DNA of 64,000 bases, from the IMG/VR virus record IMGVR_UViG_3300020045_008546, positions 1 to 64,000 of that record; one strand, 5' to 3'. The stretch comes from a virus. How positions within the stretch are numbered: position 1 is the stretch's first letter; each line of letters opens with the position of its first letter. Of this stretch, positions 40,906 through 52,237 are shown in pieces. A program made the position numbers and the translations under genes. Under the pieces are notes generated by a model that was not told the DNA's origin, searched no databases, and saw nothing but the letters and a program-made list of their open reading frames with translations.

Positions 40906-41784
40906 TTAAAGTAAGGTTAAGTATGCAGAAGCGTATATATATACAGGATTTCCAGCAGTGGAAATTGAAATAGAAAAAGGGGTGTTCCCCGGAGCTTGTG
41001 GTGGTATATCGAATTTAAGGGCTAGACTTCCATTTGCCGGGACTGAAAAAGTGAGTGGATTTGTTCCGGTAATCGTAACTAACACCGCCGTGCTTTGCGT
41101 ATTTGTTAGGTAAATTTCCTTTAAGTTGTATATGAGACGTGTTGTACTTGCGGTGAATAACGCCTGACTAGTAGTAGTAGTAAGGGAATTTACTAGGTTC
41201 CTAAACAATGAAGTTGGATTCGCAAGCAAATTTAAATTAGGCTCAACCCAAATTTCCTGATGCAGAAAAATTTCTAAGGTGAAAAAACTAGTAGGATCGC
41301 TCGAATTTTGACTTTTTATAATCCTTAAAAATCTCCCTTTTTTATTTCCTTTATATACCGCTGTTCCGTTAACAGAAGAAATAACAGATGAATTATAAGG
41401 AGCGTAGCGGCTTCCTACATATGTAAATGCGTAAGGAGTGTTTAGGTTTATTGATGCGCCCATATATGTAGTAACTGCCGTAGTTATCCCCCCATCGGAA
41501 ACGATCATTGTCATCGACTCATAACCCTCTAAATCGATATCCGCAATAATTTGACCGCTAGCTACCGATATAGGTACGATATAAATTAACTTTTTAGCCG
41601 TCTTTTTGATTAATTGAGGATTGATATCTGCATCTTTCAGTGAAGCATTTACTTTCCCTCCTTCCTTCAACCCATTAGAGGCATTAACTCCATCTGTAAC
41701 AGCATTCTTAATGTTTGTGAAGAATAAAGCAAGTGATGCTAAGTAATCACCTATCGCCTTTGCAAGCGTTTGAAAATAATTCAT
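40906..41784 (-). CDS. Appendage protein, N-terminus paralogous to 6819-8099
   Basis: Shared VTDGxNASNGLKEGG motif and 27-bp identity (7921-7947 = 41660-41686). Confidence 0.6.
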   Translation of the reverse strand: MNYFQTLAKAIGDYLASLALFFTNIKNAVTDGVNASNGLKEGGKVNASLKDADINPQLIKKTAKKLIYIVPISVASGQIIADIDLEGYESMTMIVSDGGITTAVTTYMGASINLNTPYAFTYVGSRYAPYNSSVISSVNGTAVYKGNKKGRFLRIIKSQNSSDPTSFFTLEIFLHQEIWVEPNLNLLANPTSLFRNLVNSLTTTTSQALFTASTTRLIYNLKEIYLTNTQSTAVLVTITGTNPLTFSVPANGSLALKFDIPPQAPGNTPFSISISTAGNPVYIYASAYLTLL

Positions 41785-42632
41785 TGTGTAACTGTTGGTT
41801 GTGGATCAACAAGTGTTCCGTATACGTATAATTCTACTCCGTCCCAGTAATACGGTACTTTTTGTATTCCCTGAAACTCGTCATTTTGAACCGTGAAAGT
41901 CTTTGGATGATTCAACCTTAAAAGTGCTACCATTGCTGCGTAGGTTGCCGGTCGTGGATTGGCAACAATAGCCATTGCCTCATCTCTGATTGCAATCGTA
42001 TCAGTCTTGATCGTATTTGTATCACTCTTAATCTGATTCGTTTCAGACTTCAAAGTGGTAACATCAGTTTTCAGATTAACAACCTGATTGAGATATCCCT
42101 CAGTAGCCGCTCTTCCTGCTTCAACCTCTTGTTTGTCAGTATCTACTTGACTAGCTAAGGAAATATTTTGATTCGTAAGAGTAGTTACTTGAATTAATGA
42201 ACTTTCAGCACTACTAGCCGCCTCTTCTGCACGTTCAGTATATTCTAAGTTTTCCCGCGTGTCATTGAAACTTAATTGAACATCAATTCCATCTGAAATT
42301 GTCACATTGATAGTATCATTAACTGAACTATCGCCGCTAAACTTTAACTCTACTAATGCAGAAATTATCCCAACTCCGCCACTATAAATAATTAGTGTGA
42401 ATTGCGGTAATTTAATTGCCTGTAAATTTTCTTTGGTGATTGTTATTGTAGCAAGACTGCCTGATGAAGAAACCGTAGCTATTCCTTCTCTGAAACGCCC
42501 ATTGTAATATAATTTAGCTTCTAAGTCGCTTAAACTATATCCATCCGGGAAACGTAATTTTAATACAAGATCACTATCAAGAAACGCCTGAATAGTTTTA
42601 GACCTTGAAGGAATATTAGAAAGTATTGACAT
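41781..42632 (-). CDS. Putative structural appendage adaptor (paralog of 8102-8938)
   Basis: FPDGY...KLYY...TKE...VELK alignment with 8102-8938. Confidence 0.65.
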   Translation of the reverse strand: MSILSNIPSRSKTIQAFLDSDLVLKLRFPDGYSLSDLEAKLYYNGRFREGIATVSSSGSLATITITKENLQAIKLPQFTLIIYSGGVGIISALVELKFSGDSSVNDTINVTISDGIDVQLSFNDTRENLEYTERAEEAASSAESSLIQVTTLTNQNISLASQVDTDKQEVEAGRAATEGYLNQVVNLKTDVTTLKSETNQIKSDTNTIKTDTIAIRDEAMAIVANPRPATYAAMVALLRLNHPKTFTVQNDEFQGIQKVPYYWDGVELYVYGTLVDPQPTVTQ

Positions 42633-42700
42633 TTCTCACGTATCTATCTCACAAATTATGAAACAAATATAGCGATTTAATAGGTTTAAAGCAAATTGTT

Positions 42701-42913
42701 CTATTCCTTGTCTTTAATTATATAACCAGACAATTCTGCATTTAAAATACAGTAACTTCTGTTCTTGTACCCTTCTGTGCTTGCTGCAATTATTTTCCCG
42801 TTATTAGCTTTTCTACGCCATCTCCATTCACCGGCTTTATCTAAGTAAAACTCGAATTTACTTTCTTTCGTTTCCATCCCTAATAATTTTCTAATAAACT
42901 GTATAACACTCAT
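42701..42913 (-). CDS. YegP/DUF1508-family protein
   Basis: FEFYLDKAGEWRWRRKANNGKIIAASTEGY motif. Confidence 0.85.
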   Translation of the reverse strand: MSVIQFIRKLLGMETKESKFEFYLDKAGEWRWRRKANNGKIIAASTEGYKNRSYCILNAELSGYIIKDKE

Positions 42914-43675
42914 TAAAGCAAATGTTTAATTGGTTCAATAATCTCATTATACTTATCTTCTGTAATTAAACCTTCTTTCATGTCTAGCCACGCGTTTGCC
43001 GATAATCGATGGGCGTTAGTATTATTTTTACCAATACATACCTGATTAATAGTTTTGATTCTTACTATATCTCTCAACTCTTTATCTTTAATAAGGTCTA
43101 ATCCTTTTTGATAATTAGTCTTGTTAGATACCTTTGATTTTAAATTGTTCATGCTCTTATATCAGTTAAAGATAACTTAGGTTCACAATCTTTACTATCT
43201 ACCCATGCCCTAGTTGCTACTATTCGCCATTGATTATTATTATACATCCACAAACCTTTTGCAATTCCAATTGTAACATATCTTAATTCGCCTTCATTAG
43301 CTAATAAATTAAGCTCAGTAGGAATACTAAACTTACTTACCTCAACTGGCAATGATTTTTTACTAGTTGTTAAATCAAGAATAGCCGAACCAATAAATGG
43401 AACCCCAATTAGGTTCTTAATAAATGATAATCTATTCATATAGTATTATCGGAACAAGTGAAACTAATAGACCCATCTCTTGCGCTTGATATTATTTTAT
43501 TCACAGTGCCTATTTTTAAATCTTTATTGTGATTCATAGGTATAATTCCACAACGCTTAACAGAATCAAGTATATCTTCTGGATTAACGTCACTTCTGAA
43601 ATTATAATTTTTATTCTTTACGCCTACCATTAAAGGTAAAGCAACTATTGATCTTAAAAAATCTATACGATTCAT
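42913..43675 (-). CDS. Three small hypothetical genes (42913-43152, 43149-43439, 43436-43675)
   Basis: Coupled ORFs; two begin with Tat-like N-termini. Confidence 0.6.
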
Positions 43676-43947
43676 ATTGTCTTACGTTTTAAAATTTCCT
43701 CAATTACAAAAAGAATTATCGTTAACACAGCAAAGATGTAAATAACTTTCAATGCTAAATAATCGTGCTTTTTATTAATCATTGTCTGTAAAGTAATATT
43801 TAGTCATATAGTGCATCGGAACGTACATTAAAATAAAATATATAAAAAATTTAGCATCTATTATATGAGAATGTAAAGATCGCAAGAAAAAGAACATAGA
43901 TACTAATATCCAGATCAAAAGAAATAAACGAAACCAAATGTTATTAA

Positions 43948-44484
43948 TCATGACACTTTTCGTTGCACTAATTTACTAAATTTTGCTGGTTTTATAAGCA
44001 CTTCTGGTTTATTAAATTCTTTATTTAAAAAGGTATCACACTGAGCATAAAGAATATTTTCAGCAGTTAAATATTTTAATACATTGGCTATTCTTATCGC
44101 ATTACTAGGCGTTATAATTCTAGTTCCTTGCATTATACAAGTTATATTTTCAATAGATATTTTAGTTAGATTACTTAAATCTTTGTAAGTCATATTCTTT
44201 GACTTTAACGCCTCTTTAATTAATTCACTAGCTGACATACATTTGTTTTGTTGATTAGTTTTAAAGTGCTTTTGAAGCGTTAGAATTGTTTTAGAGCTAA
44301 TCTTATTGTCAAATCCTTTTGATAGCTTTACGGCTGTCTTTTCGGTTATTATATTAGTATCATTAACAATCTGACTTAATGCACTTGCATGTAATCCCGA
44401 TCTTTTAGCTAATTCAAAGTGAATTATTTTATAATCTCGACAAAAGCTAAATATATAATCGTTCACTTTATTTAGACTTTTCAT
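43948..44484 (-). CDS. Tandem XRE-HTH protein, HigA antitoxin-like
   Basis: Two repeats of ELA...LSQIVN...ITEKTAVKL / DLS...ITPSNAIRIA, the HigA/VapI pattern. Confidence 0.7.
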   Translation of the reverse strand: MKSLNKVNDYIFSFCRDYKIIHFELAKRSGLHASALSQIVNDTNIITEKTAVKLSKGFDNKISSKTILTLQKHFKTNQQNKCMSASELIKEALKSKNMTYKDLSNLTKISIENITCIMQGTRIITPSNAIRIANVLKYLTAENILYAQCDTFLNKEFNKPEVLIKPAKFSKLVQRKVS

Positions 44485-44900
44485 GGCGTTAAATGTCCAA
44501 AATAAATTTCATACATATCGCTAAAAACTTTATTAGCATTCTCATTATACATTACGCCTTTACTTGGATTACTGAACTGTAAAACAGTAGCGTCTTTAAG
44601 TAATATCTTATCGTTAACCCAATAAGCCGGATCAGAATAACTATTAATACCTAAATCGTTTTTATTGTTCAATTTAATAACTAGATTCTGAATAGATTTA
44701 ACCGTTGATCTAACTATTGAAATCTTATGTTTCATTCGAGGATAACAATAAGTAATCCTTTCAAAGCTGTTATGATACTTAAAGAATACTTGGTTAGTAT
44801 CTGGAAATATCATTAATAGACCTAGATTAATTCTTTCGTTTAATACACTTGAATAGTTGTAGTATAAAAGTGATGATATATAGTTTCCGGTGTAAGTCAT
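44481..44900 (-). CDS. DUF3037-like protein
   Basis: SLLYYNYSSVLNERINLGLLM and LQFSNP resemble DUF3037. Confidence 0.65.
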   Translation of the reverse strand: MTYTGNYISSLLYYNYSSVLNERINLGLLMIFPDTNQVFFKYHNSFERITYCYPRMKHKISIVRSTVKSIQNLVIKLNNKNDLGINSYSDPAYWVNDKILLKDATVLQFSNPSKGVMYNENANKVFSDMYEIYFGHLTP

Positions 44901-45038
44901 TTTCTTTGCTTTAATTCAAACATTAATTCCTCCAAAGTATTCTGATAGTGATATTTCAACAACCTACTACTTTTAAATCTAAGTAGTAGACGTTTATTTG
45001 ATTCTATCTTTTTAGTTATCTCTTCGATTGACAAACTT

Positions 45039-45461
45039 TCAATTTCCTGATGATCCATATCCTTTACTTCCCCTTTCGCTATCTTCAAGTTCATTTACTT
45101 CTTCTAGTTCAATTAAAGGTATTTCTACTATTACTATTTGGCCTATTCTATCGCCTATTTCATATTCACTATTAAATAAAGAAAGTCTCTTAAATTTAAA
45201 TGTGATTGACCCCAAAAAAAGAGAATCAATAACGCCTACCGAATTAGATAAGATTAATTGTTTCTTTGCATTAGAACTTCTAGGGAATAATAAACCTACA
45301 AATCCTATTGGCACTTCAATAGCTATTCCGCAATCGTAAACAACGTTGTTATCTTGATCGTAACTTTTACTAACCGCCGATAAGTCAAATCCTGCATCAT
45401 AAGTATGTGCCTTAAATGGAATCTTTGCGTCTGGATGGCATTTTTTAAATCTTACTTTCAT
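45039..45461 (-). CDS. dut: dUTPase (trimeric)
   Basis: AGFDL, PRSS, GVIDS, RIGQ, RGSKGYGSSG motifs. Confidence 0.95.
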   Translation of the reverse strand: MKVRFKKCHPDAKIPFKAHTYDAGFDLSAVSKSYDQDNNVVYDCGIAIEVPIGFVGLLFPRSSNAKKQLILSNSVGVIDSLFLGSITFKFKRLSLFNSEYEIGDRIGQIVIVEIPLIELEEVNELEDSERGSKGYGSSGN

Positions 45462-45491
45462 GTATCTGTTTAGTTGAATGTTTAATTATAA

Positions 45492-45615
45492 TTCCGCTCG
45501 ACAATCATATATCAATGATCAATTGACTTTTCGCACACTAAGTCTTTTGTTTCCTCATAGTGCACTTATGGTACTTTAATTAACTTAGCTTTTTTGTGTG
45601 ATTAATCGAGCGGAA
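45492..45615 (-). ncRNA. Candidate structured RNA in the intergenic region upstream of dut
   Basis: 10-bp closing stem TTCCGCTCGA / TCGAGCGGAA enclosing internal hairpins. Confidence 0.4.
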
Positions 45616-45628
45616 CTATCAAATATTT

Positions 45629-48552
45629 TTAATTAACGGACACCCCCTCGCTTAGTTCTCCTACTATAATATCAACACTATCACGCTTTCGATAATCTAA
45701 CCAATTTTCAATATCTGCATGATGTACAAATTGTTTGTTACCTTTTGAAATTAATTTAGTACGCTTATCCGATAAAAGATATTCGCCAAATGTTACTAGA
45801 TCATCTCTTGTGAATTGTTCCATTATTATTTTTATTTAAGTTTATCTTCTTCCATTAAAATATCAATTACTTCGCCTGTTGTTAAATCGTCAAAATCATC
45901 TCTGCCTGTTTCGATTGTAGTATATTGAAAAGGGTCATAGCCACTAGGTGTACACCATTTAATAGCTTCTGGCTCATCTGATACTAATTCTATTTCTGAT
46001 TCAGTAATAGATCCATATACTTCTGAGTGTTTGCCTAGAACTTCACCAAAATAAACTTTAATACCTTTATCAATCAGATACTTTACTTTTGCTTTTGATT
46101 CAATAAACACTCCTTCTAATTCACCGCTTCTTCCGCAATCGAAAGTCATTTTAAATACTGCTAAGTCGCTCATTTTTGTTTATTATTTAGTTGTTTAAAT
46201 TGTTTCACTTTCTGGATTATAAATAGGCGGTTCATTTTTCTTAACCTCGCCATGAACTACAAAATCACCACTGAATTCTAAGTCTTTAAATAATAATAAT
46301 TTATCGTATTGACCTAGCTTCAATTTAGATAAATCTTTATACGCAATCACTGGTGCATCTCTTTCATTTAAACGAATAACAACGCCATACGTACATTCAG
46401 TTGAGTAGCACTCTTGATTTAAATAAACTTTTACTAATTGTCCCGGTTTACAAAGGACTATATGAGCAGGTTGTTTCTTGTGTAATGTTTTATGCATTAA
46501 AATATCTTTTTATAACCTTGAATCTCAATTAGAATATACTTTAACGCGCCTATTAAATCTGTAAATGATCTGTAAGGAATGGGATTAAATAAAAACCCCG
46601 TATTCAAATCTTTAAAGTATATCCTGAATTTAATAACATCCTTATCTTTATATGAAAAGTAACTGATTAGTATATTATACTCTTCATAGTATTTAGCTTG
46701 TTGAATGAAGTATTGTTGTAATCCCATAATTAATATTTAACGCCTTTAAGTTTATCATCAACTCTTAGTGCCATTTCTTGAAAGTATCTTCTGTTCTTTG
46801 TTCTATATGTTATCTCGTTATTGGAACCAAAATTTATATTCATGCTATACTCAATACCAAAATTAATGAATATAGGGAAGTCTGAGTACATCGTTTTTAG
46901 ATTATCAAACAATTGTTCTATATCAAACTTAACACAAACAATTTTACTTGACTTAACTAATTCGCTTATTAAATCAAACTCTTTAATCTCTTGTTCAGTT
47001 GCGTAAAACTTATTTCGTTTCATAACCAAATTTAATTAATAACTACCTGAATACCTAAATTTTAACCGTTTATTTTATTAATAATATCCTTTGCAAAGTA
47101 ATTTAAACACGCGTCACTATTTTCAATCTCTTTGCAGAACTGATCACTAAAAGTTAATACAAAATAGTTTTTACTTCCTTCTTCTTGAAAATATAATTCC
47201 CATCCGTAATTGCTTTCTTGCATCCCTGAAAATATTTCTTTACCCGTTTTTTTGGCAACTATTGCATCTATTTTGAACAAGACGTTATACATTGACGAAC
47301 CTTTGTATATAAAATTAGCCTTTGAATATGGATCAATCATTTTATTTTAGGTTTAATATCCACTTCAATTAATTCATAACTTTCAAACAATTCAAGGCAA
47401 TCAGAACTAGTCATATTCATCCCCAAAGTATAAATAGTCTCAACATCTAAAAATAAAGTAGGAATGTTGTCTTTAAAGTTTCTTACAGTATAAAAATATC
47501 CTTCTTTACTATATTCTCCCCAAATAGGATTATCATTAGTAGAATCAATTCGCTTTAAGGCTTTCATAATCCTAATGCTATTTTCTCTTCCTTAGTTAAT
47601 TTACTTAAAGCTGATTTCTTTAATTCAGGCGTTTTGTTAGACATATATTCATCAAATGAATCATAAATTTTATATTGAATAGATTCAGCATAAACCTTTC
47701 CACCATAACCTCCAACTGTTTTAGCGAACCTATATGCCTCATCTTCGTTATAAAATCTAGCTAATATAGGATCATTACCGTAATCCCTCAATTCGCATAC
47801 TTTAAATACATTTTCATTTATAATTTTCATCGTCTATTCAATTTTAAAAGCTCTTCCAATACAATAGTAATGTTTGAACCGGATAACATTACACCCTCTA
47901 CTTGCTCAACACTTCCACTTAATCCAACTCTGAATCTATCACCTCGCCATGTGAAACGTAATTGATTTTCTAAGTCTAAATCTATCTCAGATATTTGACT
48001 AGGATAAGGGATTGATTTAATTATTGCTTGTAGTAATTCTGATTTATCTTTATACATGACAGTTATTTATTAATAAATTTAACAAAACTGGATTCTAAAT
48101 AAGATTTATATTCTTTTTCGTAAATCTTACTAAATTTATTAAAGTCTTTTTTGTTGGTAAAAATCAAATTTTGATTATTATTTGGCAACGAATCTAAACT
48201 CATTTTCCCAATCAGTAAACTAACTTTATTAAATGCACTCGATGCAATTGATTTAACTACCTCTATTTTATACATAATTAATTTTGTTTTATTGCCTCAT
48301 CGTTAAGACAAACGAAGATAGGTATATTATTTTAATATACAATTATTTATTTTATTATTTGTAGGATGTTATTATTTGATAACTCTTAATTAATGATGGA
48401 TGCAATAAATCAAATCTTTTGTCTTCTCTGAATTTATTAACAAAATAAGTATCATCCATTCTAATCATTTTTTTAATGTATAAAAACAGTATTTTATTAC
48501 GATCTTTTAAGCTACGAGAATCATCAAATAACTTTTCATAAAACTCTTCCAT
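45629..48552 (-). CDS. Block of about eleven small hypothetical genes
   Basis: Packed minus-strand ORFs of 64-113 aa. Confidence 0.7.
48283..48342 (-). promoter_or_regulatory. Conserved phage promoter plus 5' hairpin, copy 2
   Basis: Minus strand TTGTATATTAAAATAATATA, TATCTTCG, TGTCTT AACGAT GAGGCA, AAAACAAAA. Confidence 0.7.
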
Positions 48553-48727
48553 AATTATTCTTTTTTAAATGCTTGCGCGTAGAATATCCTATCAATACTA
48601 GCATCGTAAGCAATAGTAACTCCGCCCACTAATACCCAACCTTCTTTTATTTTAAGATTGCAGTGATACTCAAAGGTATCTTGTGGCTGTGTTATTACTA
48701 TATAAGTGTAATTTTCTATTCTCATGA

Positions 48728-49066
48728 TCAATAATTTAAAATGTTTACTTTCTTACCTTGCTTTCTAGCGTAATCAATGCTAAAAAAAGTCCCCTTAGAT
48801 AAACCATTCCATGCTGCTAATATTTCATCAGAAGCATCAACTATATACCTGTTTCGAATTATTCCCGCAGGTTTACCGTGTAGTTCCCAATCTGGTAGGT
48901 ATTCCGTGTATTTAATACCTTTCATTAAGGCGTAACTTTTACCATATAAATCGCAACCTCTCGCGCCACCTGAAATAATCTCAGTTATGTTATCGTATTT
49001 ATCTAACTCTTCAAACAGTCTCTTCTCATCTGTGAAAGTACGACCGCCTATTACTGATAACTTCAT
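48728..49066 (-). CDS. SLOG-family (YspA/DUF2493-like) protein
   Basis: VIGGRTF, IISGGARGCD, AGIIRN, WNGLSKGT motifs. Confidence 0.88.
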   Translation of the reverse strand: MKLSVIGGRTFTDEKRLFEELDKYDNITEIISGGARGCDLYGKSYALMKGIKYTEYLPDWELHGKPAGIIRNRYIVDASDEILAAWNGLSKGTFFSIDYARKQGKKVNILNY

Positions 49067-49235
49067 GGTAAATCATTTATGCTTGAAAATATACAATACC
49101 CTTTAAATGTTCCCGTGTTTTTAACATACCAAACATTAACTTCGCTAATAAATATCATATCACCTTCATTTACTTTTTTATACGCCTTCTCCATTATTTC
49201 AGGTAAAGTATATTCTTCGTATATAATAGTTTCGG

Positions 49236-50634
49236 TCATATCTTTTCTTTTTTAACTACCAAGCCTTTATTCATACTAGAATACATTCCCATTCCAGCCG
49301 ACATTTCAACGCCCGTAACAACATAAATCACATCATCAAACCAAACTCTATCACCTCTATTATAAGTCTCTTCGTCGTTAACTACCAGTACTGTTCCTCT
49401 TCCTGTTATTTCTAAACAAGATAGTACTATGGGTGATTTAATTGGCTTATCTTCTTTAAAAGATTCTAAATATTTAATTGCTGCATCTTCACCTTCTGTA
49501 TCTTGAATATAAAGTGCATGAGATAATACTTTTAAAGCGTTTCTCTTTTCGTTTATTTCTTTGTCGTTCATATTAACCTCTGTTTGCTCTGATTTGTTGA
49601 TCTATCTCAATTACCTTAACAACTTCATCTATGTTTAAATTAGCGCCTATCTGCTTATTAAAAGGCCAATACCATAGTTTAATATATACGTTATATAAAC
49701 TAGATTCCAAGCCTACTATTTTGTATGTGTTTTTACATATGTTCATTGTGATTTTATTTATAGTTCCCACATTTCACCTTCTATTCTTATTATTTCTCTT
49801 TTAGCCCACTGTTCTTTTGCCTCTTGTAATTTAATTTCAAATAAAACATCAGGATCAGGCGTTACAAAGTAAGTATATTCTTTATTAGTCATTGCAGTCC
49901 AGACAGGAAACCACCAACGATTAATTAACCATTTATTTTTACCGAATTTATATATATGAAAGTCCCTCATTGTTTAGTTGTTTTGGTTTATGTGTTCTAA
50001 CTTTTTAATTTGTTTAGCATACTCTATTACTTCATCATCACTATTATCTTTAATTAATTCGTATTCATCGCCTACTATTTCAGCGTAGTTATACCATTTT
50101 ATATGATCACCTCTAAAACCCGCGTAAGCATCGCATTGTTTAACTATTATACTTGGATCGCCTTTATAATTTAAACCCCTTACAACCGAAAATTTGCCGT
50201 CTAGTTCTTGTTGTTCTTTCTCTTTAAGGCTTATTATTTTAGCTACCCATCGGTAGGGTTCAGCCCACTTTTCATTATTTAGTAAAGCGTTACATACTTT
50301 ACATGTTACTTCTTCTTTAATTTCTGTTTTTAGTACGCCATAATTTGAAGCAGAGAATTCACATCCATCATCAAGATTAGTCCAATGTACTTTTTTATGT
50401 TTAGCCATTTTGTTTAGTCTGAATATAACATTCTTTTCTTAATAGATTAATACTTGCTGAATTGATTTCTAATTTATGCCTTCCTTTAAATCCGTTTCTA
50501 ACAATTATACATCTAAGATAAGTAACATCTTTCTCTTTATCAGTATTTTTATTTTCTATTTTATTAAAAATGTCTATTACTTCTATTGTTTGATCCACGC
50601 CTATTGCTGTGAACAAATCACCTACTTCAATCAT
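49236..50634 (-). CDS. Block of five small hypothetical genes
   Basis: Packed minus-strand ORFs. Confidence 0.65.
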
Positions 50635-50652
50635 TGCTATATGTTGTTTTTA

Positions 50653-51576
50653 TTACTTTTTGGGTGTCAATTTTATGACTACAATTTTACTAGTGGTCAA
50701 CACATCTAGCTTATCTAGATCATAAGAAGAATAAGAAAGTTTAAATTCGCTTAATTTATGATTAATAAACTTTTTACCTCTAAGTTTGAACTGAGAAGTT
50801 GTTTCTTTAATCAAAATACCGTTTTTATCTATTCTTGAACCATTAATACAACCAAAAAACCCATCATAATATAAATGGCGTTCTTCTGGCTTAATTAACT
50901 CGAATCTTCTACGCCAATTAATATAGCCTAGTGTTTTCAATAGTTTTTTGTATTTCTTAGCAGTCGTTTCAGATCTCCTATCCATTGACTTTGCTATATT
51001 TTTGTTACTAACAGTGAGATATCCATACTCGGTTTTTCGTTCGTACTTTTTCAACTTATCAAGGCGTTCTGTATCCTTTTTATTAAGCGGTCTAAGTACT
51101 GATTTACTAGTAAGTATTTGCCTTTCAACAGATATATTTAATCTCTTCTCTTGGTAACGTAATTTAGCGACGAATAGAATTCCCCGTATTGATATTTTTG
51201 TTTCTGATAATTTCTTGCTTGCGTAAATTGTTATAGACTTCTCATCAGGATATTTACCAATGAATGAAGGATATATTTTTTGTAACTTCTTTTTAGTTAA
51301 AACACAAATATTCCCATCCCGTAAATGAACAATGCCTTTATCAACTAAAATATTAAGATGGAACTTTAATGTATTATAAGATACGCCTAACTTTTCAGCT
51401 AGTTTTCTTTTATTGCAATTGTAAATAATTGGATTTTTGTAGAGAGTACGTATCTGTACGTAATAGGAAAGTGTATTAAGTAAATCCTCTTGGTAAAATG
51501 ATGAAAACATCTTACAAGGAATTTGAACTTGATACTTACTTCGATTCTTACCTATTTTAACTACCTCTTCTGACAC
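50653..51576 (-). CDS. Basic two-HTH DNA-binding protein, possible replication initiator
   Basis: KRKLAEKLGVSYNTLKFHLNILVDKG wHTH; second HTH-like NKNIAKSMDRRSETTAKKYKKLL; GTG start. Confidence 0.5.
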   Translation of the reverse strand: MSEEVVKIGKNRSKYQVQIPCKMFSSFYQEDLLNTLSYYVQIRTLYKNPIIYNCNKRKLAEKLGVSYNTLKFHLNILVDKGIVHLRDGNICVLTKKKLQKIYPSFIGKYPDEKSITIYASKKLSETKISIRGILFVAKLRYQEKRLNISVERQILTSKSVLRPLNKKDTERLDKLKKYERKTEYGYLTVSNKNIAKSMDRRSETTAKKYKKLLKTLGYINWRRRFELIKPEERHLYYDGFFGCINGSRIDKNGILIKETTSQFKLRGKKFINHKLSEFKLSYSSYDLDKLDVLTTSKIVVIKLTPKK

Positions 51577-51840
51577 AACAAATCCGTTCTGGGCTAATGA
51601 AGAATTTTAAGTGTCAAGTTAAAGTCTTCCCAGAACGGATCACATATATTTTGTAAACGCAGCTAAATTGGGTAATGCAAAGTCTTTAATTCAATTCATT
51701 TATACTATAACTTGACAACACAAAAATACTAAAAACTATTTTAAAAACCAAATGAAAATAAATAAAAAATATGTTGGTTAAAATTAGGATAAGAAATATA
51801 AAAGTTTCATATTTGCAATACAATAAAACAACTAAAAATT

Positions 51841-52233
51841 ATGAAAATAAGATTTGAGCGTGGCAAAAGTAAATTTTTCAAGCCCGATGAAGTGATACCA
51901 TTTATGGTAATTATTGAGAAAAGCGAGGATGATGATTACTGTTATTTTGCTAGAACTATTGATGAGGCAAAAGATTTTTATTCTCAATATCTAATGAATA
52001 ACCGCGATCAGTTTCTTGATGATGTATCTTATGATTTAAGTAGTTTCTTAAACGTGTTTGATTTTATCAACGTAAGTAAGTTAGCTAAAACATTAGGCGT
52101 AAATGAAAGTCTTATGAGACAATACGCAGCAGGAAATAAAAAACCATCTAATAAGCAATCTAAAAGAATAATAGATGGAATACGGGAAGTATCAAAAGAA
52201 TTACTTGCAATTAATTTAATTCAAAACAACTAA
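51841..52233 (+). CDS. HicB-like antitoxin with C-terminal HTH (no adjacent toxin)
   Basis: YDLSSFL...INVSKLAKTLGVNESLMRQYAAGNKKPS resembles Bacteroidota HicB. Confidence 0.75.
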   Translation: MKIRFERGKSKFFKPDEVIPFMVIIEKSEDDDYCYFARTIDEAKDFYSQYLMNNRDQFLDDVSYDLSSFLNVFDFINVSKLAKTLGVNESLMRQYAAGNKKPSNKQSKRIIDGIREVSKELLAINLIQNN

Positions 52234-52237
52234 CAAA

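Noticed and set aside
6767-41686. Diversity-generating retroelement or invertible shufflon behind the repeats
   Set aside because: No reverse transcriptase or recombinase in the window, no adenine-specific mismatch pattern, and the repeats are direct rather than inverted.
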